From: Obrimoposthia wandeli
Lineage: Eukaryota
Reading direction: 5' to 3'
Length of the DNA: 64,000 nucleotides
Assembly (NCBI GenBank): GCA_977020255.1
Contig: CDROCS010002327.1
Coordinates: 310,001-374,000 of the forward strand
Positions within the stretch are counted from its first letter, which is position 1, and each line of letters begins with the position of its first letter. Positions 13,868-26,099 of this stretch are shown here, piece after piece. The position numbers were made by a program, and so were the translations under genes. The notes under the pieces were generated by a model. The model did no database searches and had not been told where the DNA came from. It worked only from the letters and a program-made list of their open reading frames with translations.

Positions 13868-14127
13868 CTGAACCGCAAACTCAAATGTGAGAACGCCGGC
13901 GTCATCTCTGCTCCCGGTCAGTACCACCTTCACAACTGGCTCTGCGGAGGTAACTTGCTTCCCGTCAGTATCGAGGACAGCCGAGTTGGGGCCACTGGTC
14001 GAGTTGGCTTGGTCTCCCAGGTACAACCAGACCTCGTTCAGCAGAGTGGAGCTCACGAGGCCACTCCTGAACTCCAGAGCCATCCGCAACGTGGTCAAGT
14101 CTGGCTCCACCACGCTGAACAGGTATC
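13868..14127 (-). CDS. Host gene exon: TSPN/LamG-like domain (GYLFSVVEPDLTTLRMALEF...LTFEFAVQ)
   Basis: Acceptor ctgcgtatAG, donor GTtggt, phase 1/0 consistent with both neighbours. GYLFSVV matches the TSPN strand of collagen XV/XVIII-type N-terminal domains. Confidence 0.88.
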
Positions 14128-14907
14128 CTATACGCAGAGAAACAATGTTGAGAATCCAAAATTGTGAATTTTATTTAGTCGTATTTTGGTTAATATTACT
14201 CGTTTTTAAAGAAATCCTGTCTTAGATAATGTTACTCTACAGCAGTGGGGACCGCGGCTTCTGGTAGCCCGTCAACTCGTTTTAAAATGTTATTCTCTTT
14301 CTCGGATTTTGAGGACAAGTCTAAAAATAAATGCTAGAGTCCATTAAAATGTGTAGCAATTTATTATTATTGGTTTAAACCAGGAGTTTCCAAACTGGGA
14401 GGAATGGACTAGTCAAGGGGTAGGCATCAAAATTTATATGGAAAAGTGATTTTTATGACAATATACATAACTAAAAAGTATAAAACAAAAAACAAAAAAT
14501 ATATATAATTAGTGTATTAATATATAGATTCTATACAATAAATATATTTATTTAATTTTTCTAATATTAATGTTGAGATAAATTTGTTTTAATAATAATA
14601 AAGATCGATAGTGTTTCAAATATCTTATTACTTTTATATTTTTTATAAGATTTCTTATTAATATTCTATTTTATTTTAGCCAAATGGATAGCTTTTTACA
14701 TGGCAACAAGAGAAAATTCATTGATAATTAAAGACAATAGGAATATGGCATAAACTGTTATGATTCTTAACATTGACAAAGGCTTTCTGACACTAATGTA
14801 CCATAACTTTTATTTGAATAATTATTCAGATTCAAATTATTTTTAGAAATATTAAAACAATTTATATAATAAAATTAATGTATTATTTAAATATCTTTAA
14901 AAAAATT

Positions 14908-15369
14908 GGCAGTATTCGACTGTTTTCCTCAGTGAATTTTAATTTTTTAAAATAGAAATAAAATGAAATGGGTGACCTATTTTATTATTTTAATATTTTG
15001 AATTATAATTGTTTATTTAATATGTAAGCATTAATTATAATATCGGCATAGGCTGAACGCATAAAGATAGTAATAATATATTATTGTATCATTGTAATCC
15101 GAAGCAGTCCACGCCATATTAAAAAACAATATTTAATAAAACATAAGATTATTTTAATGCATATGGATTATTATCATACAAAATGTATTCCAAAAATTTA
15201 TAATCTTTTTTTAATGAATTTACACATAAAATTGAGATAAAAATAAATGGTAAAACATTCAAAAAATAAAGTTTTAACTTCTTTGAATAAATTGTTTTAA
15301 TAATACTTAATTATTTTTATCAGTTTTTAGCGCCAAAATTAAAAGTAAGGAAAACGGTCGAATACTGCC
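14908..15369. mobile_element. MITE with 21-bp TIRs and 8-bp TSD (Merlin-like)
   Basis: TIRs GGCAGTATTCGACTGTTTTCC / GGAAAACGGTCGAATACTGCC, with AAAAAATT on both sides. GG termini plus an 8-bp TSD fit Merlin (hAT also gives 8-bp TSDs). Confidence 0.75.
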
Positions 15370-16615
15370 AAAAAATTTAATAAGTAAATTTGCAATACTT
15401 AAAATTAATTTTTATGAATTATTTTTTGTTTTATAATATTTGGCCAAAATGGGAAAGATACACAAAAGTGTTTTTGAGGTACTTTTTTAGTGAATATGCG
15501 ACAAAATGTACTATCCCAATAATTTGCACAACTGATTCCGAAAGCGGATAATTCAATGGTGCTTGCTTTTATATGGGTTATATTATCCATGAGCAAACGT
15601 TACGTAGTTAAATTATTAGACTCACCATAAATTCAATATTTATGCTCCTTAGAGATTTCATTAAAATTGGTTAACTCATTTGAAATATCAAAAACGTATA
15701 ACTTATTATATTTGGAAATTATCAAATCGTCGAAATGAGTACTTTTGTAGATTATTGAAGCAATTGGGAGAAAAAAACTCCAAGTTATTTAACTAAACAA
15801 TCCGTGGGCTGCTGTCTTTTGTATTATATTTAATGTCGGTATTATTAATATAGTTTCACTACCATCGCCTCTGTTTTCCCATGTTTTACTATCAATTCTC
15901 ATCATTATGACGATAGTGACCTTTCCCATATGATAGAAATATTTCCAACTTATCCGCAATTCAAAGAAATGTCGACATACCAGTTTTTCAGTATACAGTT
16001 AGAATTTGGAAGTAATTCTGTTACTAAAATTTATTTTAAAAATACTGAAAATATTTAGAGTTATTGAAAATGTCAAAAAAGTAATAATATTTATTCATCC
16101 AAAAATGATGCCAAATAATTGTTTAAATGAGTATTCTAATTAACTCTTTACAAATGACTACAACTGTAAAGCTATCTTAATTATTTTTTTCTAATTTGCG
16201 ATTTTTAACTCGTTGAAATTTAATTTATCTTAATCCTCTGCAAGCTCATATTAGCTCTAATTTCTCAGGTAATGAGAAGTATTTTAACATAAAAATGCCT
16301 ACTTTGAAATGCTTCCTATCTGACAAAGTCTAACTGTTACATTTTAGACTCTTTAAAGCCAAAAAGATGGACTTGAAAACTAAAAGTACCCACAAAGTAA
16401 CGGAACATTAGTAAAAGAATAATAAAGTATATCAATAATTAACTTAAATAAAATTATTCTTATATTTCATACTGATACTTTTAGTTTAGAGTCTATTTTT
16501 GTTGACTTTGTCTGATAAAAAAACATTTCAAATTAAACATAAATGAATTTTATTGGGGTTATTTCTCTTAATTTCTGATAAATTTAGGTTAATATGAGCT
16601 TACCGAGGAATAAAC

Positions 16616-16960
16616 TAGGGACCTACTAATCCAAAAGATTCGAATCCTACTTGATAATCAATTTGTGTCCATTTGCTATTTTTTTTATTAACTTAAACTA
16701 TTTATTTAGGTTCAATAAGAATTTCTTTAAATATTTGACATCATTGTTTTAATAAAATAATTTAAAAATTTTTAATTTATTAGAAAAGATTTTGAAGAAA
16801 GTAAAATCGGGGAAAGAATTTAAAAAAGAAAATATCAAAAAATTTCATTTATATTAATATGAAAGAAATTTAATAAAAATGTTAGGATTTTGATTCGTTT
16901 GGATTCGTCATTTTGGAAGGATTCGATTCGAAGTAAAAATATTGGATTCGCAGGTCCCTA
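16616..16960. mobile_element. hAT-type MITE
   Basis: Termini TAGGGACCTACTAATCC / GGATTCGCAGGTCCCTA, with perfect 8-bp TSD GAATAAAC at 16608-16615 and 16961-16968. Confidence 0.85.
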
Positions 16961-17569
16961 GAATAAACCATACATAGGCCTCAAAGGTATTTTATGGCAG
17001 TCTCGTAACGGTTAAATATACAAATATAAGTGGTTAAAAAATCGATGTTGTGCAAGTCTCTGAAAATAATTATTTTGTTTATTTTATGAAATAATACAGA
17101 AAATTAAGCAATTATTAGGGAGAGCTTTAAAACAGAGTATGTAGTTTGAATGAACAAAAAGTTTTCAAAATTTTATATTTTTAGAATTATTAGAAGACTT
17201 TGTTCTGCTGTTTCCATTCATTTTCTCAGAAAATTGTTTATGATTAATCATCAAAAGATCTTTGTGAAACATTTTAAATCAGAAATGCATTAAATAAAAT
17301 GCATAGATTCTCAGTAAGTACTAAATAATATTTTGTACATATTTCACAAACACCTCACAATCAACAAAAACGCCCCAATAATGGACCAATATCGTAGAAT
17401 CACTGTAAAATAAGATTTCGAAAATTTTCCGTCTTGAACACCATGAAATATTAAATTTCTTAACAATTTCAAACAACTTAAATACATAACTTTAAATCGC
17501 TTGGACTATTCTTTTAAACTGCTCAGTAAAAAGAATATAAATAGTATAAGTCAACCAAGAAACAATTAC

Positions 17570-17854
17570 CGGAGTAAAATATTTCTTCTTTCTGGTTGAA
17601 AGTGGGCTGAAACTTGACATAGAAGCTGAAGTCGCGGGGCACCACATTGCCAGAGAACAGAAGACTTGAGGGCCGACTGATGTTGACAGGTCCGTCTACA
17701 ACCACCCCGGTTGGAGACATGTGCTGTGTATTCTTCTGACCGCCAGTCCCGGGCTCTTCTTCTTCGTCAGGGAGGTTGAAAACACGGATCTTCACACCGG
17801 GGCTGGCCATCAGACTCTCGCGGAAGTCGTACAGAAGATCACCTTGGAAAATCA
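17570..17854 (-). CDS. Host gene exon 2: start of TSPN/LamG-like domain
   Basis: Acceptor catgcAG, donor GTaatt, phase 1/1. Encodes ...SLLFSGNVVPRDFSFYVKFQPTFNQKEEIFYS and joins GYLFSVV in frame. Confidence 0.88.
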
Positions 17855-18239
17855 CTGCATGACAAGTGCCCAGGGAAAATGTTTATTTGTTGATTGCCTT
17901 TATTTTTAAGTGTTTTAGAATTAAATCTTGACGCTGATTTTCAAAATATGATGAGTTTAAGTTTTGGGCATTGTAATTATTTATAAATATAAACTATTGA
18001 AAAATTTGTTAAAAATAAAAAAAAACATTTTATTCACCAAAATACAAATCGAAACCAATTAAACAGCATTTTTACAATCATATACATGAATTGGAACTGA
18101 TTTATATCAATTCTTTTGCAAAAATGACATTCGATCTGGATTTCTACTTTGTTGATTTGGATTATGACACTAATTCCCATATATAGGGTCCCAGCTTAAA
18201 TATGCTCAAACATGCACTTTTAGATAAAATTTCTTTATA

Positions 18240-18560
18240 TTAAATTTCCATACATACACACATACACAGTATAAAATATATATTATATATAAGTTTCACG
18301 CACACACACACATACACACACCTAGTATAAAAATTATTTTTATATCCTTATATAAAATTCCCATACATACATACAAATAGTATTAGCTATATCTTATATA
18401 TAATTTTTAGACACACCCACACACATAATCACACACCTAGTATAAAAAAATGTTTATGTATCCTTGTATAGAATTTCCAACATACACATAGTTTAAGCAA
18501 TATCTTATATAGAATTTTCACTCAAACACATACACATACATATACACTTTCTTACATATA
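18240..18560. repeat. Degenerate (CA/TA)-rich tandem repeats
   Basis: Recurrent CATACATACACACAC...CTAGTATAAAA units. Confidence 0.6.
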
Positions 18561-19226
18561 TTTATTATCTTATTGAATATAATCATAGTGAGACGGTGAC
18601 CCACTTATGTATGGTGACATATCTGCGAAAGAAGGTCTCATATGATACAAATTTAAATTGGCGCGATTTTTTTTTAATGAGATGGTAATGTAAAATCTAT
18701 ATAGAATTTAATTAGTCTAAATTCAAATTAGTGACAAAATAAAATTTAAATAAGATAGAGGTAATATTAAATGAAGATTATATTAAATAAAGATTAAATT
18801 AACCTTCACATGATTTTTAATTTATTTAAAATCAGCACAAAGGTTAAATTAATGTAAATATTATTAATTTTATTTGAAATCAGTGGACAAATCTAAGGTT
18901 AATTTGAATTAATTTTAATTAATTACATATGATTTTAATTAATTTTGTTTAAAGTAGATCCAATTTAAATAATATATTTTAAATCTGTGGAAAATTTGAA
19001 TTAAATTGAGTTAATTTAAATGAATTTTATGTAAATTTAATTACTTTCGTTTTAATGAAGTGGAAATATCGATATTTTGAATTTGAAATCAGTGGGAAAG
19101 TTGAGTAAGGATAGATATTCGAATCTATTAATAGTAACATGGAGTTCACCTCCAAAAGAGTGACGATCAGCGGCACCCAGATAAATTGTCTAAAAGTACA
19201 TGTTTGAGTATATTTAAGCATAGCAA

Positions 19227-19290
19227 CTAGTAGTACCCGTCAGGCAAGTGACAATTAAGCGGCTTGACGGCAGAAAAAACCTCAACCCTG
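19227..19290 (-). mobile_element. Helitron-like 3' end
   Basis: Minus strand: imperfect CCGTCA...TGACGG hairpin, then a short spacer, CTAG and T. Confidence 0.5.
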
Positions 19291-19448
19291 GGTGTACTTT
19301 GTTCTACCAGTAAGCTGCTGAATCGTCACTTTACACTACTTGTCTCATATATAGGTCAAACTTGTAACTTATATTTTTTATAGACTCGTTATTTTAAAAT
19401 CGAACCTAACTGTACCAGACTGTACAAATTGAAACTATCAATTGTTAG

Positions 19449-19700
19449 TCAAATTTTGTGATCGAACGTGTTTTCTTTGGAACATTTATCATTTATTTGC
19501 ACAACTTGAATTCCACTTGTAATATTGCTAATAAACCAAATCAAAGCTATGGACTCTATATTAATATTTCCCATATCACTAATTATACTATCATGATCAA
19601 CAGTATCAAATGCTGCAGATAGCTTAAACATTATTAAAATAACACATATTTATTTGACAATATTTTTAATAATGTCATTTGTTTACTTGTAATAAGCCAG
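19449..19700 (-). pseudogene. Non-LTR retrotransposon (CR1/L2-like) reverse transcriptase relic
   Basis: TNDII.NI...CVILIMFKLSAAFDTVDH...WF...Q.V.IN matches the LINE RT motif LDLSAAFDTVDH. Confidence 0.75.
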
Positions 19701-21215
19701 TCTCAGGATAATTTTAAAAAACAGTTATTTGATTAGTGACTAATTTTTCCATTACTTTTAAAGGGAAGTTTAAATTTCACACCGATTTGAAAATTGACAT
19801 TTTATAAAAATTATTGCACTTACAAGAAAATAATTCAATGTTATTCATATTTATTTTATAGATTAATAATATGATATTTGTGATGAATCTATGCTTAATA
19901 TTTGCTACAAATATATATTGACAGAGATAGAAAGTAATAAAAAATATTATAAGTCTAGTTTTAAGTTTGTAATATTTCACATTATATGCTTATTTAGGTT
20001 ATTTAAAACATAAATTTTAAATAGGTTACATTTGATGTTTAGTATTAACATAAAATTAACTATTTTAAAAGTTATAATAATAATTAAATAAAAATGTAAG
20101 AAAAAGTAATTTGAACTTCGAAATAATTCAAAAGCAATATAATGAATAATAAAAACGATATCTTATGAATATTCAGTTTCATCGAAAATTAAATATTTAA
20201 ATAGTTGGAATTATTCCTTTGTTAGATTTAGGAGTGGTAAATTTAATAATATACTTTCTTAGCTAACTAAAAAATATAAAATGTGATAAAATTAAAAATG
20301 ACTTACGATTTTTTCTGGTAATAGCCATTAACTTGTAATTTATTCGACAATGAATCAACAAACAGCCTAGTTTCAGAACAAATAATTATTACAAACATTA
20401 CACAGAGAAATAATAATACTTGTTAAGATATATTATTATTGATTAAGTTAACTTCCCTCGTCAATTAATTCTATTATAGAATTTCCATAAAATAAAAGCA
20501 TAGTATTTGAATATTTGAAATGCATTTATAAAATTTTATTGGTAGTTTTAAGTGAAATTATATAAATGAGTTTGTCATTTGAAATTTTTAACTGTTTTTT
20601 TCTTAATATTTTGAAATTATATCGTCAATAGAAGCATCGTAAATATGTAAAAGAAATGGTATACGATTGAAGAACATAAAGCGGGATTTGGAACAGTCAA
20701 AATATATAGTTGATTATGATATAATCCAGTAGTAAATATTGTAAATATATTCTGAACACTGGCCTTGCGTCGGGATATGTAGGGAAACACTGATATAAAA
20801 AATTACACAAATATGATTTTACTATAACGTTATGGGCTTTTATCTTATCTTCAGTTTTTCCGGTTATAATAAGTGTAATTAATTATATATATAGTATAAT
20901 AGGGGTATAAAAATTCTACATTGTAGTAAACCACCCTTAACAAGTTTAAAATTAATTAAGATTAATAAATTGAATTACATTTTTTAATTATATCATAAAT
21001 TAATATTGTTCGCTTTTTCTGAAATATACTATATCATTATTTAAAATTATATCAACACAATCTATCATATAATTTAAAAGTCAAAAATATATTCAAAATA
21101 AATTCATAAATAAGATTATAATTTTGTCTAGTTTTAAGGTTTATTATAAAAATAAAATCTAATTACGGTTCAAACTTGATTTGGAATTAATTTTTAATCA
21201 CATTCACAAACTTAC

Positions 21216-21288
21216 CATTGGAACTCTGTTGTTGACTACTTGAAATCATCAGAAGACAGATCAGACTGCCGTAAAACAGCAGCATCAT
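21216..21288 (-). CDS. Host gene first coding exon: signal peptide MMLLFYGSLICLLMISSSQQQSSN
   Basis: ATG at 21288, hydrophobic core with Cys, canonical donor GTaagt in phase 1 matching the 17854 acceptor. Confidence 0.75.
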
Positions 21289-21479
21289 CAAATGATAGAA
21301 ACAGTTTTTGTGAAATTAAAATGAGTTCTATCAAGAAATAAATCCGGTTAAAAAATTACATGAAAATCATTTTACAAACACAAAACTGCAATGAATAATT
21401 TCGCTTACTGTTTAAATTGTATATTTTATTAATTCGGTAATACTCGCTGACCTTTTCCCGTTGTAATTTCATGGATTAT

Positions 21480-21920
21480 GATCCATACATTAATAATAAT
21501 GTCTGGTTGTAAACTACTGTACACCTACTGTATAAGAAACAACATTTGTTGCAACTGCATAATCAGCGTCAGGTGGATATTAATACGTAGTCAGTCAACA
21601 AGTTGAAATGGATTTCTATGGATCCGATTGAATGACTCTACTTGTCAGAATCAACATGTCCTGATTATCAGTTGATTGAGGATGGATTTTGGCCAATAAA
21701 GTAGAAACTGCATGAACATGTGTGCAGTTTCCATGATGAATTTGAAGTTGGCACAATATTTACGATACCGTCTTTGTGATTTTTTTATTTCCATCCAGTT
21801 AGCTTCGTAATTTGCTGACTGCTTACTTTGCTGTTTTAGCAGAATAATTTGTTCAGTAGATCTTAATCTACTACTGATTCAATTTGTACATGCAGTCTGC
21901 GTATTTGCATTGACATTTAT
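21480..21920 (-). pseudogene. Possible SWIM zinc-finger (MULE-type transposase) relic
   Basis: YCANFKF (frameshift) HHGNCTHVHAV resembles CxCxxF...CKHxxAV. Many stops. Confidence 0.3.
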
Positions 21921-22659
21921 TTGCCTGGTTTATTTTAATTAAAATATTGGCTAATATTTTATCTGTTGAACAATATATTAAATTATCAGGAATGTTGGTT
22001 ATTGAAATTAATTAGCTTTATTAATTTTTATTTATTGCCACTGATTATTTATTGTTAATAATTCTTAATTGAACGTTATTGATGAAAATGTTAAGAAAAC
22101 TAACCATTTAAATTATAAAATGTCATCTTAACGTGCTAATAAGTCTATTTCAAATTAACAAATCTCGTTGTGTTATGAAACTCTTGTAGTATAAAGAGTC
22201 ATACGTTTTTTTGATTTCAACTGTTTTCAGAGATCATTCTGGAATTCATTGGCTGATTGAAGTTTCAAAAAGAAGATCTCGAGAAAATCTCATTATTTAT
22301 TACAAATATCCCAATGTTGTAATAACGAAATTAAAAAATTATTTAAAACGATTGTCTCATTATTAGGAAGACGAATTATATTTTAAACACAATGACTCTT
22401 GCAAGGAGAGGTAACATATGGCATCTTACACATAATCTTTTAAACTATTAACTATACCATCCATTGCACAGATAAAATAAATGAATTATGCATTTAACCG
22501 AAAACGATTCCTCGCAGCATCAGCCCTAAATAACTATATTGACAATGACATGAAAATGTCAATATGTGGATACTTAAGAAGTTGAAATTATTTGAAAATG
22601 ACTTGAGCGTATTTCTGTTGGTTATATTATTGGAATCGTTGTACTAAGTGTCTGTCTAA

Positions 22660-22770
22660 GAAGCATGGCTGAATTTTCTCCTTATATGGTAACCTATTCG
22701 TTCAAGAAATGCTGTATCATCAATGCAATGAACAGCGCAGAAACTTTTATTACATGGAAGGCAATGATGA
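22660..22770 (+). pseudogene. pogo/Tigger-like transposase C-terminal relic, interrupted by a solo LTR
   Basis: VTYSFKKCCIINAMNSAE matches the pogo C-terminal SFKKCCISNALDGTED motif. Confidence 0.5.
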
Positions 22771-23347
22771 TGTTAGGTTTAGGTTCTGAAATAAATTAAA
22801 TAATTAATTGATTTTATAGTAAAATAAAAATCCTTGAAAGCAAGGTTAGAATTAAAAATAAAAGTAATTATGAAATTAATATAACAAAAGTAAAATAAAA
22901 AATTAAATATTTAGGACCACGAAGGTCATGTTTGGTGTGCTGTATTTAAATGAGAGTTTAGAATGGAAAGGGCCCCAAAAAAGTAATCAAGGAAAATAAA
23001 GAAGTTGATTAAGAAGAAAATCGCTTAATTAACAAGAAGAAGAAAATCGCTTAATTAACAAGAAGAAGGAAGGCCACTGGGAATTAAACCAGCCGACATC
23101 GCAGTAGCAACAAAGTGAGTGCACTTAAAATTAAGTGCAATTGACATTTTCGTTACAGATATCCATTAGCAAGAATCCAGAGTCTTGCGAGGAAGCCAGC
23201 TGGATCCACAGCAGCGAAGTGAGTACACGTAATTTTTAAGTGCAAGTTGATTACATCCAATTCAGGAATCCCAACATAAAGCACTTAACAGCACTTAACG
23301 GATAAATCCAGCCGATAAAAGAAAACACAACTTTCGGGCGAGGCCAG

Positions 23348-23500
23348 AATTTCAGAAGTGAATTCCAGAAGTGAATTGTCAGAAGTGAATTCCAGAAGTG
23401 AATTGTCAGAAGTGAATTGTCAGAAGTGAATTTCAGAAGTGAATTACAGAAGTGAATTACAGAAGTGAATTGCAGAAGTGATTTGCAGAAGTGAATTGCA
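23348..23500. repeat. 14-bp tandem repeat inside LTR (CAGAAGTGAATTnn)
   Basis: About 10 consecutive units. Confidence 0.9.
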
Positions 23501-23741
23501 AAATTGAATTGAGTAAACCAAGGAGAAAATCACCCGAACCGAGAAAAAAGGTAAAGAATAACAGCGGAATAACGAATTATCACCGTTCCGTACAGCACCT
23601 AGAGGAGACGCCGTACGCAACTTCGGATTTCGCAGACAGTGGCTCACGGACCCAGTGGCCTAAAGCTAGGAAGGAACAGGACTCGATTGGGACCTCGGAT
23701 CGCGACGCTAGGCGCTTTAAAGATTGGTGAGACACAAGGAA

Positions 23742-24240
23742 GTTAATTGATATTTTGAATTGTAACCAAGTTAATCGACATTTTGAATTGTAACCAAGTT
23801 AATTGATATTTTGAATTGTAACCAAATTAATTGATATTTTGAATTGTAACCAAGTTAATCGATATTTTGAAGTGTAACCAAGTTAATTGATATTTTGAAT
23901 TGTAACCAAGTTAATCGATATTTTGAAGTGTAACCAAGTTAATCGATATTTTGAATTGTAACCAAGTTAATTGATATTTTGAATTGTAACCAAGTTAATT
24001 GATATTTTGAATTGTAACCAAGTTAATTGATATTTTGAATTGTAACCAAGTTAATTGATTTTTTGAATTGTAAACAATTTAATCGATATTTTGAATTGTA
24101 ACCAAGTTAATTGATATTTTGAATTGTAACTAAGTTAATTGATATTTTGAAGTGTAACCAAGTTAATCGATATTTTGAATTGTAACCACGTTAATTTATA
24201 TTTTGAATTGTAACCAAATTAATTGATATTTTGAATAAGT
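23742..24240. repeat. 28-bp minisatellite inside LTR
   Basis: GATATTTTGAATTGTAACCAAGTTAATT repeated about 17 times, followed by a few longer variant units to ~24400. Confidence 0.95.
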
Positions 24241-25589
24241 CTACAAAAGACTCGCAACGAATTTCGTGACCACTTTGATTGACATTTTTGAATAAGTCTA
24301 CAAAAGACTCGCAACGAATTTCGTAACCAATTTAATCGATATTTTTGAATAAGTCTACAAAGGACTCAAAAATAAATTCGTAAACTATTTTGATTTGATA
24401 ATTGAATAATCCAACATAGAGTAAATTACTCTACCCAGCCTAGATAACTTACGCCGCCACCTAATTTAGAGCAACAGTTCTGCAAACTTATTCCCTATTC
24501 TAGAGCAACAGCTCTGTAAACTCATTCCCTATTTTAGAGCAATAGCTCTGTAAAATCTATAAACTAAGATTGCCCGCATTTAAGAGTAAAAACTCTAGCG
24601 CCCAATCAACCCTAAAACTTAAAATCGATACGTGGTTCATCCCCACTTGTGTAGAGACTTAAAGAAGTCTTAGGAATTTTTACTGTAACTTTTTAGAAAT
24701 ACGTACGTAAACGTATTGTTTTGTTTAGTCTAGTGTGTTAACAATAAACGATTTCCTACATTAGAAAGCATTGTTCTAGACCCTTCAGATTAAGAGACAT
24801 CGAAAAACAAACACCTTCAGATAAGCATTGAGATAGGCAACTATAACATTAGGTAGGCCACAACCATCGTTAAGTCCTGCTTCTATAAGAACTCACGTTG
24901 GGGCCCTCCGCATTCAAGAGGATCTATAAGTGTCATATAGAAACCCCAACAATGACAATGGATAGGATTACCCAACCCTTGCGATGATGCTCTCACAACA
25001 GAGCAGATATTCACTATATAACTTGAGTGGATCGATCCTTTCAGGGATGTTAGAAAAAAATCCATATTTAAAAAGTTGATTATCGCCTTAACTAGTATTC
25101 GAAAATGATAAAATCAAAAGATTTCTTAAGAAATTAAAACCTAATGCTGCCAAAAAATCGACATTTTTATTGAACCAATGTCTCAAGAAATGTTTTAGTG
25201 AAAATTTGGAATAATTTTTGGCAGCATTAGGTCTTAGTTTATTAAGAAGCCGTTTGAGATTCATCGGTCCTACTTGGAGTAGAAGACACCTTACGGCGTA
25301 TTGCCAAGGGAATTTAATTGTCTGCATGTGTTTACTATGAATATAGTTTTATAATCTTATCTTATATGTAACCCAGTTTTCGCCATTCGGTAAGACATCT
25401 CTTTTGAAAAATATGGTTCCAACGATCTTCTTCTATGCTTTTCTTTTCTAAAGGGATCAGTTTTATTCTACCTATGTATATCATTATTATCTTCCACATT
25501 TTTCGTGGTCCGTTGGATACTCCTCTATAATGAATTATTGTTTGTGTTAACACTAACTGTCTCCTCTTTTGATACGAGTGTTACCTCTT

Positions 25590-26010
25590 GAAACTGATAA
25601 TATCCTTTTTCTTGTTCAAAGGTCTTCTCAGCATTTTATCTTTTTTGTGAGTTGTTGCTCTTCGTAATTTTATTGCTAGATATATTATTATTTCTTCAAA
25701 CCTGCGTATTACATCCATCCCAATCATGAATAGACTACCACAGTCTGTGAATAGCTTGCCATTTATATACAATAGTTTCCCTTCCATGGTTAGTTCACAT
25801 TTTAGTGTTCCTTCTGATACTTTATCTGATCCATTTACACTAATAAACGCTTCCCTTTCGTAGCATATTTTCTTTTGCTCCAGCGTCGACAGGATTTATT
25901 TAGTTAGTACTGATACTGCAGATCCAGTGTCTACTTGAGCGTTATATTCATTTCCGTTTATTGTTACTAGTACCTGTGATGAATCCTTAGGATCCACTCT
26001 GTACAATCTT
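25590..26010 (-). pseudogene. pro: Retroviral-type aspartic protease
   Basis: VLVTINGNEYNAQVDTGSAVSV (catalytic DTG) and C-terminal FMIGMDVI (IIGxD motif), split by a frameshift. Confidence 0.8.
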
Positions 26011-26099
26011 GTCCTTAGAACTATTTTGTATTAATCCTTTTTCTCCTTCAATTCATCTACCTGTGGTGGATCGTTGGGAATTGCTCTAGACAATGTTGT

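Larger units (their letters stand above)
22771..24951 (+). mobile_element. Solo LTR (2181 bp), Ty3/gypsy-like family
   Basis: Starts TGTTAGG and ends CCCCAACA, with 4-bp TSD ATGA on both sides. TATA-like TATTTAAA at 22943. Homologous to 49169-50739, 60393-62227 and 29830-31190. Confidence 0.9.

Noticed and set aside
13887-14225. Plus-strand ORFs (112 aa, 70 aa)
   Set aside because: Antisense shadows of the GC-rich host exon 13868-14127.
23444-23730. ORFs inside the solo LTR
   Set aside because: They arise from 14-bp repeats and LTR sequence, with no recognisable domain.
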